Source: Acidimicrobiales bacterium (GTDB lineage Bacteria; Actinomycetota; Acidimicrobiia; Acidimicrobiales; AC-9). Taken from it: a stretch of 64,000 nucleotides of DNA. The DNA lies in the NCBI GenBank assembly GCA_036491125.1, contig DASXCO010000094.1:309-64308 (forward strand), given 5' to 3'. Each line of letters begins with the position of its first letter. Position 1 is the stretch's first letter. A program made the translations under genes and the position numbers. Under the pieces are notes generated by a model that searched no databases, was not told the DNA's origin, and saw only the letters and a program-made list of their open reading frames with translations. This document shows positions 55,090 to 63,921 of the stretch, in pieces.

Positions 55090-55560
55090 TCAGGTGGCAT
55101 GGGCCTGTGCGCCACGACCGCGCTCACCCGCCTCGAGAAGGCGCGCGATCTCGGCCACCTCCTGTCGCACGGACCGGGCGAACCAGCCCGCGGCCACGGC
55201 GTCGTAGAGCCAGCCCAGCGGCGAGCCCATATCCATCGTCTCCACATGGTGCACCCGGGTGCCTCCCTCGACGGGCTCGATCTCGAACCAGGCATGCAGG
55301 GCGCGGGGGATCCCGTGCTCCAGGGTGACGTCGATCCTGCCCGGCGGCTCCAGCCGGTAGCGGGTGACGACCGAGCCTGGGAAGCGCCCCAGGAACTTGC
55401 CGTCCTCCCGAGCGATCATGCCGTCGGAGGTGTCCCCCAGCTTCGTGACCCAGACGATCTTGGTGTCGGCCTTGGTGTACTGGGCGGGGTCCAGCACGAA
55501 GTCGAAGACCTCCTGCGGGTCCACCCCCTTGATGATCGCCTCTCCCTCGCCCCGGATCAT
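55090..55560 (-). CDS. SRPBCC (START/polyketide-cyclase-like) family protein
   Basis: ORF 55090..56178 trimmed to MIRGEGEAIIKGVDPQEVFDFVLDPAQY (ATGA overlap with the kinase stop). Confidence 0.78.
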   Translation of the reverse strand: MIRGEGEAIIKGVDPQEVFDFVLDPAQYTKADTKIVWVTKLGDTSDGMIAREDGKFLGRFPGSVVTRYRLEPPGRIDVTLEHGIPRALHAWFEIEPVEGGTRVHHVETMDMGSPLGWLYDAVAAGWFARSVRQEVAEIARLLEAGERGRGAQAHAT

Positions 55561-56891
55561 TCCGGACCTCCTTCGACCGGCGGGCCACCGCTTCGCTGAC
55601 GGAAGATCTCGTACCGTTCGCCGGCCGGCCCGACCCAGCGCGGATCCGGCTCCACCCGGTGCGAGATCCGGGCCCAGCGGGCCGCGTCGGCCGTGGCCAC
55701 CTCCAGCCCCGCCGCCTGGCGGGCGAGGAAGGCGGCTCCCAGGGCGCCGCCCTCGGGGACCGCGACCACGTCCACGGGCACCGCCGTGCAGTCGGCCAGC
55801 GCTTGGATCCAGCCCTGGTCCCTGGTGCCGCCACCGGTGGCCACGATCCGCCGCACGGGCACGCCGCCGAGGTCGAGGTGGTGTCGAACGACGAAGCCGG
55901 CCGCCTCCAGCGCCGCCCGCCGAACGGCGGCGGCGTCGTGGGTGAGGTCGAGCTCGTGCAGCCCCGCCCGGCGGTCGGGATCGTGCAGGGGCGTGCGCTC
56001 GCCGTGGGGGTAGGGGGTCCAGACAGGCACCCGGTGCGGGTCGACCGGAGCGTCGGACCGTCCCATCAGGCGAGTGGCCCAGTTGATGAACATGCCACCT
56101 GAGCCGCTCGGACCTCCCATCATCAGCTTTCCCGGCGTGGTATGGGGGATGGTCCACAACCCCGGCGGCTGGCGCCACTCCCGCAGGACGATCCAGGTGA
56201 TGAGCGTCGTCCCGCAGATGACGAGCGCGTCGCCTTCCTCGTCGGCCCCGGCCACGATCTGCTCGGCCAGGGCGTCGACCGATCCGGAGGCGAGCACGGC
56301 GTCACCCACCTTCCCCACCGCCTCACCGGTCGGCTCGACGCGCGGCAGCTGGCCCACGTCGATGCCCATGGCCGCGGCCCGGCCGGCGTCCCAGCCGTGT
56401 CCGTCGAACAACGGGAACCCGGAGAGGGCGGCGCCGGTGTCCAGGACCGCCTCGCCGGAGAGCACGTGGTTCGTCACCGCCTGAGCGGGCCAGTAGCCGC
56501 GGGCGTCGGGCAGCTGCCTGGCCGACCAGCCCACGAAGGCCTCCAGCTCCCCGCTGATCGGAGAGGCGCTGCGGTCGGCGCCGGCGCGTCCTCGGGAGTC
56601 GCCGTAGAGCAACCCCGGCGTGCGCGGTATGCCCCGCCGGTCCACGGCGGTGACGGAAGGAACCATCGCCGCGACGCACAACCCGCGTGCGGAGACGTCG
56701 CCGAGCGCAGCCAGGGCTCGCCGGGGGCCGCGTCGCCAGGCCCGGTTGGCGTCGTGCTCCATGGCGTCCCCGGTCGGGACCAGCAGCCGATGCGGCACGC
56801 GAGCTCGGGCCACGACATTCCCCTCGGCATCGACGGCCAGCGCCTTGACCGACGTGGTCCCGATGTCGATACCGACCGTCACCTCGGCCAT
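55557..56891 (-). CDS. FGGY family carbohydrate kinase (xylulokinase/glycerol-kinase-like)
   Basis: VGIDIGTTSVKALAVD N-terminus and ATGGGTRDQGWIQALAD C-terminal motif. Confidence 0.85.
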   Translation of the reverse strand: MAEVTVGIDIGTTSVKALAVDAEGNVVARARVPHRLLVPTGDAMEHDANRAWRRGPRRALAALGDVSARGLCVAAMVPSVTAVDRRGIPRTPGLLYGDSRGRAGADRSASPISGELEAFVGWSARQLPDARGYWPAQAVTNHVLSGEAVLDTGAALSGFPLFDGHGWDAGRAAAMGIDVGQLPRVEPTGEAVGKVGDAVLASGSVDALAEQIVAGADEEGDALVICGTTLITWIVLREWRQPPGLWTIPHTTPGKLMMGGPSGSGGMFINWATRLMGRSDAPVDPHRVPVWTPYPHGERTPLHDPDRRAGLHELDLTHDAAAVRRAALEAAGFVVRHHLDLGGVPVRRIVATGGGTRDQGWIQALADCTAVPVDVVAVPEGGALGAAFLARQAAGLEVATADAARWARISHRVEPDPRWVGPAGERYEIFRQRSGGPPVEGGPE

Positions 56892-56930
56892 GGGTTCCCA
56901 GACCGCATTCCCGCGAGCTCCTGACCTAGA

Positions 56931-56946
56931 GTGACGGACACGTCAG
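56931..56946. promoter_or_regulatory. Putative operator GTGAC-ggacac-GTCAG
   Basis: TGAC-N6-GTCA palindrome in the divergent region between the FGGY-kinase operon and the ACAD/ligase operon. An overlapping extra CTGAC half-site is at 56921. Confidence 0.5.
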
Positions 56947-56976
56947 GTTAGCCGCGGGCCTGGCCACTCACCACCG

Positions 56977-57978
56977 ATGGACTTCACGATCACCGAGGAC
57001 CAGGAGCTGCTGCGCAGCTCGGCCCACCAGCTCATGGCCGGCGAGTGCCCGACCAGCCTGGTGCGCGCCCACATGAGCGACCCGGACGCGGCGGACCAGC
57101 TCTGGGAACATCTTCGAGCCTGGATCGGAATCGCCAGTGGTCCGCTGGTGGACCTGTGCCTGGTCCTCGAGGAAACCGGCGCGGCGTTGGCTCCCGGTCC
57201 GTTCTTCCCGACGGCGGTGCTCTTCGCGCCCCTGCTCGCCGCCCTCGACCACCCTCTCGCTCCGAGCGCTCTCGAGGGTGAGGTGACGGGCACGGTCGCC
57301 ATGGCCGGCGTCGACGGCACGTGGGCGCCCAACGACGACCCGACGAAGACCTTCGTCCCCGAGGCGGAACGCGTGGACCACGTGGCCGTCGTCGGGGCCG
57401 GGCCGAGTGTCGCGGTGACAGGTCGGCTCCCGGCCCGCTACGTAGCCACCGTGGATACGAGCCGTCGCCTGGCCGAGGTGGACACCGCCGGAGTGGGCGA
57501 GCGGGTGCAGGTCTCGGCCGATCTGATCCAGGACCTTCTGGACCGGGCCTACGTGGCGCTGGCGGCAGAGATGCTCGGCACGGCCCGGTGGCTGCTCGAT
57601 GCCACTCTGGCCTACGCCAAGGGCAGAGAGCAGTTCGGACGGCCCATCGGCACGTTCCAGGCCATACAGCACAAGCTGGCCAACATGGCCCTGGCCTTCG
57701 AGCGGGCTTGGAGCGCCGTGTACTACGCGGCTATGGCCATCGACTCGGGCGACCCGGACCGCCACCGCGCCGCCCACGTCGCCAAGGCAGCCGCCGGCGC
57801 CGCGGCCACGCTGGCGGCCAAGGACGGCATCCAGGTCCACGGCGGCATCGGCTACACCTGGGAGCACGACCTGCACCTGTTCATCAGGCGGGCATACGCA
57901 TCGGAGCACCTGCTGGGTACCTCGGGCTGGCACCACGACCGGTTGGGCGAGCTGCTCATGCAACCGGCAGCGGGATGA
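56977..57978 (+). CDS. Acyl-CoA dehydrogenase, short (beta-subunit-like) form
   Basis: 333 aa with an ACAD C-terminal domain (REQFGRPIGTFQAIQHKLANM, GGIGYTWEHDLHLF) and a reduced middle domain. Confidence 0.85.
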   Translation: MDFTITEDQELLRSSAHQLMAGECPTSLVRAHMSDPDAADQLWEHLRAWIGIASGPLVDLCLVLEETGAALAPGPFFPTAVLFAPLLAALDHPLAPSALEGEVTGTVAMAGVDGTWAPNDDPTKTFVPEAERVDHVAVVGAGPSVAVTGRLPARYVATVDTSRRLAEVDTAGVGERVQVSADLIQDLLDRAYVALAAEMLGTARWLLDATLAYAKGREQFGRPIGTFQAIQHKLANMALAFERAWSAVYYAAMAIDSGDPDRHRAAHVAKAAAGAAATLAAKDGIQVHGGIGYTWEHDLHLFIRRAYASEHLLGTSGWHHDRLGELLMQPAAG

Positions 57979-57985
57979 GCGGGCC

Positions 57986-59551
57986 GTGACTGAGCTTCTG
58001 ACGGGCCAGCTGCGCCTCATGGCCAGCCGCCACCCCGACGAGATCGGCTACCGCAATCTCGACGCCGGCACGGATCTTTCGTTCGCCCGCTGGGAGGCGG
58101 AGTCGAACCGGCTGGCGCGGGGCCTGGCCGGCGCCGGCGTGGCCAAGGGGGACCGGGTGTCGATCTACCTCCCGAGCGAGGAGGTCCTCAACTGGGTCGT
58201 GGCGTATGCCGCCATTCACAAGGCGGGTGCAGTCGCCGTCCCGACCAACACTCGCCTGTCGGCCCGCGAGACGAGCACCATCCTCGGCCACGCCGAGGCG
58301 TTGGCGGCGATCACCTGTGCATCCCATCTGCCAACCCTGCTGACGGCACGCCGCCGCGTCCCGACTCTCGGTCTCGTGGTGAGCACCGACGGGACGGCCG
58401 GCTCCGAGGCGGACGGGCCGGTCGAGCCAGGCGCGCCGGGCGCCGTGCCGTGGGCGGCGGTGGCCGCGGACGACGCCAGCGAGTTCCAGGTCGAGCTGGC
58501 GCCCGAGGACCTGGCCGACATCATGTACACCTCGGGCACCACCGGCTCGCCCAAGGGAGTGGTCGTCCGCCATCGCAACGCGTCGCTCCTGCCGAACGGC
58601 GAGCCCCATTGGTCGGGAACCGCGTGGCTGCACGGCTCCCCGCTGTTCACCTTCGCCGGCATCAGCTTCGTGTACAACCCCATGAAGCTCGGGAAGTCCG
58701 CCTTCTTCCTACCCAGGTTCGACGCCGGCCGTTGGCTCGAGGTCGTCGCCGGCGAGCGACCCGAGGCCGCCTTCATCGTCCCCGCCATGGCCCAGCTCAT
58801 CATCGCCCACCCGGAGTTCCAGACGGCCGACCTGTCCAGCCTCCAGCTGTGCTCGCTCGGGAGCGCGCCGGTCTCGGCCGCCGTGCTCCGTCGCCTCCAG
58901 GAGCGGATGCCCGACGCCACCATCTCCAACGGCTACGGGATGACCGAGGCCGGCCCGGCGTTCTGTGCCATGCCCAAGGACGAGGCCTGGAAACGGGCCG
59001 GTTCGGTGGGCAAGCCGATGCCCCCAATGGAGGTCCGCATCACCAACGAAGAAGATGACGGCCTGCGAGCCGACGCCGTGGGCGAGGTCCTCATCCGCCT
59101 GCCGGGTCGACAGCGCGAGTACTACCGGGACGCCGACGCCACGGCCCGCACCTGGACCGACGGTTGGCTCCACACCGGCGACCTCGGCCGGCTCGACGAG
59201 GACGGCTATCTCTACATCGTGGGCCGGACCAAGGAAGTCATCATCAGGGGCGGCAACAACATCTACGCCACCGACGTCGAGAACGCCCTGCTCGAGCACC
59301 CGGCGGTACTGGAAGCCGCGGTGGTGGGCGTGCCCCACGAGGTGCTGGGCGAGGACCTGGCCGCCTTCCTCGTCACAGCGCCCGGCCGGGCGCTCGACGT
59401 CGAGGAGCTTCGCGCCTTCCTCTTGTCGCGGCTCGCCGACTACAAGGTCCCGCGCCGTGTCGCCTTTCTCGATCAGCTGCCGCGCAACGCGACGGGCAAG
59501 GTCCTCAAGCACGAGCTGGCGCCGCCTCGATGGACGCCCTCCACGCGCTGA
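57986..59551 (+). CDS. AMP-dependent synthetase/ligase (acyl-CoA synthetase)
   Basis: ORF 57599..59551 trimmed to the GTG at 57986. Contains IMYTSGTTGSPKGV and WLHTGDLGRLDEDGYLYIVGR. Confidence 0.85.
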   Translation: MTELLTGQLRLMASRHPDEIGYRNLDAGTDLSFARWEAESNRLARGLAGAGVAKGDRVSIYLPSEEVLNWVVAYAAIHKAGAVAVPTNTRLSARETSTILGHAEALAAITCASHLPTLLTARRRVPTLGLVVSTDGTAGSEADGPVEPGAPGAVPWAAVAADDASEFQVELAPEDLADIMYTSGTTGSPKGVVVRHRNASLLPNGEPHWSGTAWLHGSPLFTFAGISFVYNPMKLGKSAFFLPRFDAGRWLEVVAGERPEAAFIVPAMAQLIIAHPEFQTADLSSLQLCSLGSAPVSAAVLRRLQERMPDATISNGYGMTEAGPAFCAMPKDEAWKRAGSVGKPMPPMEVRITNEEDDGLRADAVGEVLIRLPGRQREYYRDADATARTWTDGWLHTGDLGRLDEDGYLYIVGRTKEVIIRGGNNIYATDVENALLEHPAVLEAAVVGVPHEVLGEDLAAFLVTAPGRALDVEELRAFLLSRLADYKVPRRVAFLDQLPRNATGKVLKHELAPPRWTPSTR

Positions 59552-61065
59552 CCCTCGCCGACGTGCTGGCGGAGCACCGCCGCAGCTACCCGGAGCAGGC
59601 CGCGGTGGTGTGCCGCGGTGACCGCTACACCTATCCCGAGCTGGACACCCGTGTGAGCCGGCTGTCGAACACATTCGGGGCCGCGGGACTCGGACCGGGC
59701 GAGCGCATCCTCTGGTTGGGGCAGAACTGTCACCGCCTCCTCGAGTGCCTCCTCGCCGCAGCTCGGTCCGGGGCCATCTTCTGCGCCGCCAACTGGCGGC
59801 AGACGGCTCAGGAGTTGGCGTTCATCATCGACGACGTGCAGCCGCGCGTCGTCGTCTGGCAGGAGGACGAGATCGGCCCGACGGTGCGTGAGGCACGCCG
59901 CGCCGCCGGCACCGGTGTGGGGACCACATGGATCCAGCACGACACGACTGCGCCGGACGGCTACGAGGCCCTGTTGGCGTCGGCCTCGCCCGACGAACCC
60001 CTCGTCGAGGTCGACCCGGCCTCGCCCGTGCTGCAGCTGTACACCGCAGCCTTCAGCGGGCGTCCCAACGGCGCTCTCCTGAACCACACCGCCATCATCG
60101 TGCAGTCGCTGATGATGGCCCGGCTCCAGGAGATCGACTGGGACTACGTCTATCTGAACTCCGGGCCGCTGTTCCACGTGGCGACCCTCATGACGACGAT
60201 GGCCACCTTCCAGCTGGCGGGGACCAACGTCTTCACCCCGCGTGTCGACGCCGAGGAGCTGTGCCGTCTGATCGAGACCGAGCGGTGCACCGGAGCGTTC
60301 CTCGTCGGCCCGACCCTCGACCAGGTCCTCGAGCTCAATCGCGACGGCCGTTACGACCTCAAGAGCCTGCGCAGCTTCGCCGGCCGGCCCGAGTGGAACG
60401 AGATGATCACCGTCGACACCAGCCCCTGGGCCCGCCGTCCTGCCGGCTACGGGCAGACAGAAGTCATGGGGATGTTGACGTTCAACGCCGTGGGCGGGCC
60501 CGCCCTGGGCACCGCGGGCCGACCCTCACCCGTCTCCCGGGTGCGGATCGTCGACCCCGACGGCAACGAGGTACCGCCGGGCGAAGTCGGCGAGATCGTC
60601 GCCCGGGGTCCGACGATCATGACCGGTTACCACGACCGTCCCGTAGTGAACGCCGAGCGCCAGGCCGGGGGTTGGCACCACACCAACGACCTCGGTCGTC
60701 GGGAGCCCGACGGGTCGATCAGCTTTGTGGGCCCGAAGACCAGGCTCATCAAGTCGGCAGCGGAGAACATCTATCCGGCCGAGGTCGAGGCCTGTATCGC
60801 CCGTCATCCCGCCGTCGCCGAGGCCGCGGTGATCGGCGTGCCCGACCCGACCTGGACCCAGAGTCTCAAGGCGGTCGTGGCGCTGCGAGATGGCGGGAGC
60901 GCGACGGCGGACGACGTCATCGAGCACTGTCGGGCCAACATCGCGTCGTACAAGAAGCCGCGCTCGGTCGAGTTCGTCGATCGGCTGCCGCGGCAGGGCT
61001 TCGCCGTCGACTACGACGCCCTCGACGCCCGCTTCGGCGGGGGTGGCTACCCCGGCCGTCCCTGA
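59530..61065 (+). CDS. AMP-dependent synthetase/ligase (acyl-CoA synthetase), second copy
   Basis: ORF 59164..61065 trimmed to MDALHALTLADVLAEHRR. Contains WHHTNDLGRREPDGSISFVGP. Overlaps the previous gene by 22 nt. Confidence 0.85.
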   Translation: MDALHALTLADVLAEHRRSYPEQAAVVCRGDRYTYPELDTRVSRLSNTFGAAGLGPGERILWLGQNCHRLLECLLAAARSGAIFCAANWRQTAQELAFIIDDVQPRVVVWQEDEIGPTVREARRAAGTGVGTTWIQHDTTAPDGYEALLASASPDEPLVEVDPASPVLQLYTAAFSGRPNGALLNHTAIIVQSLMMARLQEIDWDYVYLNSGPLFHVATLMTTMATFQLAGTNVFTPRVDAEELCRLIETERCTGAFLVGPTLDQVLELNRDGRYDLKSLRSFAGRPEWNEMITVDTSPWARRPAGYGQTEVMGMLTFNAVGGPALGTAGRPSPVSRVRIVDPDGNEVPPGEVGEIVARGPTIMTGYHDRPVVNAERQAGGWHHTNDLGRREPDGSISFVGPKTRLIKSAAENIYPAEVEACIARHPAVAEAAVIGVPDPTWTQSLKAVVALRDGGSATADDVIEHCRANIASYKKPRSVEFVDRLPRQGFAVDYDALDARFGGGGYPGRP

Positions 61066-61161
61066 CGGACTACGGGGCTGGATCTTCGCCCATGATCACG
61101 ATCTGGCGCTCGACGAACAGCCAGCGCCCGTCCCGCTTGAGCAGACGGTCGTGGTCGTCGG

Positions 61162-62142
61162 TCACCGGCCGCCAACGAGGTAGGCCACGTCCGCGAGGAC
61201 GCGCAGCATGTCGTTCAGGTGGGTGCAGCTCCTGATGTCAGTGAGCTGCTCCCGCACCGCCGAGCGGAAGTCGCCGATTGCCCGGCCGACGAGGTCCTCG
61301 ACGTGCGCCGCCGCCAGGGGACACTCGCCGAACGGCAGCACCGCCGGTGTCGCCTCGATCGACCGCACGACCAGCCCGTCGGGGTCGAGCGTCGCCTCCA
61401 GGCCGTACTCGTGGAGCACCACCTCGGTCCCGTCTGGCTCTCCATAGGTATCGCGGAACATGGCGTTGACCCCGACAGGGTCGCGTCCACCAACATCGAT
61501 CCGTCGACGCCGGCGCATGGCGCCCGGTGGCAGGGATCCGATCTCGTGCCAGCCCAGGACGTCCGAGCTCCCTTCACCCCCCGCCAGGTCGGGTGCCGGG
61601 GGGCAGTCCTGGAGCGGTATGCCGTCGCCGCTGGCGACGCTGGACATGGCACGACCACCAGCGCGCCACCCCGAGCACACGTCGGTCATGGCCTCGAGGG
61701 CGCCGACCGGCACGGTCGAGCCCGAGGGCAAGCCGGCGTGGGCCTCGGCGCGCACCCGCACATAGCCCGAGATCAGCGAGGCCCCCGGCAGGTCGTCGAG
61801 CAGCAGGCCGAGCGGAGTGCCGCGCTCACCGGGCAGGACGGTCGCCACCTTGCTCCGGAACCCCGACCCCACCACCGACCCGGCCAACGCCGTCGCCTCG
61901 GGCCGGTCCGGCACCAGGTCCAGTGAAGCCAGCCGACGGCGGGGATCGACGTGGGCATCCAGCGAGGCGGCGTCCCGCACCCGGGCCCCCCGGTCGGTCG
62001 TCTCGAGGTCCCGGGCGGCGCCGGCGAGGTGCAGCCAGGGCCCATCCCAGCTCATCTCGATGTGCGTGGTCCGCCGCACCGTTCCCGGCCGGCGCGGCGG
62101 CGTCGTCGCGCTCGGCGATCGGGGGGCAACCAGGGCCGGCAC
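61162..62142 (-). CDS. DUF2889 domain-containing protein
   Basis: VRRTTHIEM near the N-terminus and the CTHLNDMLR motif near the C-terminus are typical of DUF2889. Confidence 0.7.
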   Translation of the reverse strand: MPALVAPRSPSATTPPRRPGTVRRTTHIEMSWDGPWLHLAGAARDLETTDRGARVRDAASLDAHVDPRRRLASLDLVPDRPEATALAGSVVGSGFRSKVATVLPGERGTPLGLLLDDLPGASLISGYVRVRAEAHAGLPSGSTVPVGALEAMTDVCSGWRAGGRAMSSVASGDGIPLQDCPPAPDLAGGEGSSDVLGWHEIGSLPPGAMRRRRRIDVGGRDPVGVNAMFRDTYGEPDGTEVVLHEYGLEATLDPDGLVVRSIEATPAVLPFGECPLAAAHVEDLVGRAIGDFRSAVREQLTDIRSCTHLNDMLRVLADVAYLVGGR

Positions 62143-62195
62143 GCGGGCGACGGTACACCTTGACGTGCCCCGCCGGGGGGCCTCTCCGGGCGCGG

Positions 62196-62837
62196 CTACT
62201 TGTTGAGCGACTGGCAGGCGGCCTGGTTCTTCAGGGCCGCGTCCAGTTCCGCCGAGGGGTACCGCTGGTCCAGCGAGTTCAGGCTCGTCTTGACCTGGTT
62301 CCCCGCGTTATCGAGGGAGTTGGCCAGGCCCTGTGCCCCGTTGCTGAGGGCCGTCGGGTTGTCGGCCGGCAGCGCCTGTGCCTGGTTCTGCGCCTGCACG
62401 AAGGCCGACCGGATCCCCTCGAGCCCGCTCACGAGGCCCTGGGAGATGGCCCGACCGTTCGAGACCGACGGAGCCCCGGCGGCTTGGACACCAGAGATCA
62501 TCGTGTTGGTGGACGCCACGGCGCCACCGAGGAAGTTCACGAACTGGGTCTTGATCTGTTGCAGGTCGCTGCCGTTCAGCCCCGACACGGCGGTGCTGCT
62601 GCTGCTCTGCAACTGGTTCACCCAGCCCGTGATCCTCCCGCACACCTGGTTGGCCCACTGGCTGGCCGTGAGACTGGCCTGGGTCGACGACGAGCTCGAC
62701 CCGCTCGAGCTCGACCCACCACTGCAGGCGGCCACCGTCAACCCTGCCGCCAGGCTCACCGCTGACGCGAGCCCGATCCTCGCGGCTCGCCGACGTCGCG
62801 GTGATCCCACCTGACGAGCAGGCATCCACGGTTGCAT
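62196..62837 (-). CDS. Putative lipoprotein, Ser/Gln/Asn-rich helical
   Basis: ORF trimmed to MQPWMPARQVGSPRRRRAARIGLASAVSLAAGLTVAAC (signal peptide plus L-T-V-A-A-C lipobox), followed by a poly-Ser linker. Confidence 0.7.
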   Translation of the reverse strand: MQPWMPARQVGSPRRRRAARIGLASAVSLAAGLTVAACSGGSSSSGSSSSSTQASLTASQWANQVCGRITGWVNQLQSSSSTAVSGLNGSDLQQIKTQFVNFLGGAVASTNTMISGVQAAGAPSVSNGRAISQGLVSGLEGIRSAFVQAQNQAQALPADNPTALSNGAQGLANSLDNAGNQVKTSLNSLDQRYPSAELDAALKNQAACQSLNK

Positions 62838-62895
62838 TGGAACCCCCTGGTGCGGCCTTCGCACGAGCAGCGTAGGAGAAGGCGCACCTACGGCG

Positions 62896-63100
62896 TCACT
62901 TCGCCGACTTGCAGTTCGCTGCGTTGTTGAAGGCCTGGTCCACCTGACTGGACGAGTTCGCGTACCTCTGCCCGAAATTGTCCAGGTTCGTCGGGGCTTG
63001 GCTGGATGCTGTCTGCAACGTGGCACCCGGTCAACGCCAAGAACACCGCTGCACAGGGCGGTGCGCCGGACGACCATCGGCTCGCCGACATGGTAGTCAT
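62896..63100 (-). pseudogene. Frameshifted short paralogue of the neighbouring lipoprotein
   Basis: A signal peptide and lipobox (MTTMSASRWSSGAPPCAAVFLALTGC) lie in one frame. A high-GC3 segment homologous to the neighbour's C-terminus (TNLDNFGQRYANSSSQVDQAFNNAANCKSAK) lies in another frame, bounded by an in-frame TGA at 63031..63033. Confidence 0.4.
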
Positions 63101-63108
63101 ACAGCCTG

Positions 63109-63921
63109 ATGGGCTACTCGATCGCAGGCAAGACGGCCCTCGTGACCGGCGCCTCGTCCGGCATCGGCGCTGCGGTGGCCACGGACCTGGCCCGGCGGGG
63201 CGCCACCGTAGGGATCTGCGCCCGACGCGAGGACCGTCTGAGTGACGTGCTCGCCGAGTGCCGGGCCGCATCCCCCGACTGCCGGATGTGGGTCGCCGAC
63301 CTGTCCGAGCTCGGCCAGGTAAGCGACCTCGGCCGACGCGCCGTCGCCGAGCTGGGCGGGATCGACATCCTGGTCAACAACGCGGGCATGCCCAAGCGTC
63401 GGCACGTCACCGCGCTCACGCCGCAGGTGGTTGACGAGGTCATGGCCCTCAACTACCTGTCGCCCGTGCGGCTCACGCTCGCCCTGCTTCCGCACATGCT
63501 CGACCGGGGCGCGGGCCGCGTCGTCAACATCTCATCGGTGGCCGCCCGGCTGGGGCCACCGGGCGAGGCCGCCTACTCCGCCTCGAAAGCTGCGCTCACC
63601 GCCTGGTCCGAGTCCATGGCCGTCGACTTGTGGGACACCGGGATCCGTCTCCATGTGGTGAACCCGGGCATCATCGACACCGAGCTGTTCGGGCTGCCGG
63701 ACAACGACCCGTTCGTCGCCGACATCGAGGCCCTCCCGCCCCAGGTCGTTGCTGACGCCATCGCCGAGCAGCTCGATGCAGACATCTTCGAGATCTACGT
63801 CCCCGACTGGTTCTCGGCCATCGCCGCCGAGAAGGCCAAGGACGTCGGCCAGTTCCTCGCCGGGTCGGCGGCATGGACTCGCCAGCAGCGTCAGACGGAG
63901 CACGGCGGCGGCGCCTCGTGA
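63109..63921 (+). CDS. SDR family oxidoreductase
   Basis: VTGASSGIGAA, NNAG and YSASKAAL motifs. Confidence 0.88.
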   Translation: MGYSIAGKTALVTGASSGIGAAVATDLARRGATVGICARREDRLSDVLAECRAASPDCRMWVADLSELGQVSDLGRRAVAELGGIDILVNNAGMPKRRHVTALTPQVVDEVMALNYLSPVRLTLALLPHMLDRGAGRVVNISSVAARLGPPGEAAYSASKAALTAWSESMAVDLWDTGIRLHVVNPGIIDTELFGLPDNDPFVADIEALPPQVVADAIAEQLDADIFEIYVPDWFSAIAAEKAKDVGQFLAGSAAWTRQQRQTEHGGGAS

